Positions 62,482 through 62,567 of a DNA stretch of 62,567 bases are shown here, one piece after another. How positions within the stretch are numbered: the first letter of the stretch is position 1; each line of letters opens with the position of its first letter. Source of the DNA: Catajapyx aquilonaris. Taxonomy: Eukaryota. The notes below the pieces were generated by a model. That model was not told the DNA's origin and made no database searches. It saw nothing but the letters and a program-made list of their open reading frames with translations. Location: assembly GCA_000934665.2 (NCBI GenBank), contig JYFJ02002148.1, positions 1 through 62,567 on the forward strand. The letters run 5' to 3'. The position numbers were made by a program, and so were the translations under genes.

Positions 62482-62567
62482 TTATTCACAGCGAACAAAT
62501 GTAGAAAGTGCGAATTCACTGCAAGAGCAGGTCCAGTTACGGTGATTTCATGCTAGTGGACAAATAA

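Overview
This is eukaryotic, arthropod-type genomic DNA with spliceosomal introns, MITEs, SINEs and one 3-N gap at 38048-38050. The left ~35 kb is a dense tandem gene cluster. It holds two gustatory-receptor (7tm_7 GR) paralogs on the minus strand, five intact intronless divergent ionotropic receptor (IR) genes (two minus, three plus), one long IR pseudogene and several IR fragments. Interleaved with the IRs are two 3-exon QPD-type C-type lectin genes and a 10-exon IL-17-receptor-like SEFIR transmembrane gene. The right ~27 kb has no gene I can support: it is tandem repeats, SINEs and MITEs separating short unique islands. The most striking signal is in the IRs. All six long copies share a ~420-480 nt N-terminal block that is nearly identical at the DNA level (11 differences in 420 nt between two copies, counted by eye), while the downstream ligand-binding/TM region diverges, by roughly half its residues between the two body types. 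Two leader/promoter types and two receptor-body types occur in all four combinations with the switch inside this block, and a fold-back rearrangement scar sits at the same block. This suggests a recombination/gene-conversion cassette that shuffles IR modules. All calls come from manual reading and no database search was run.
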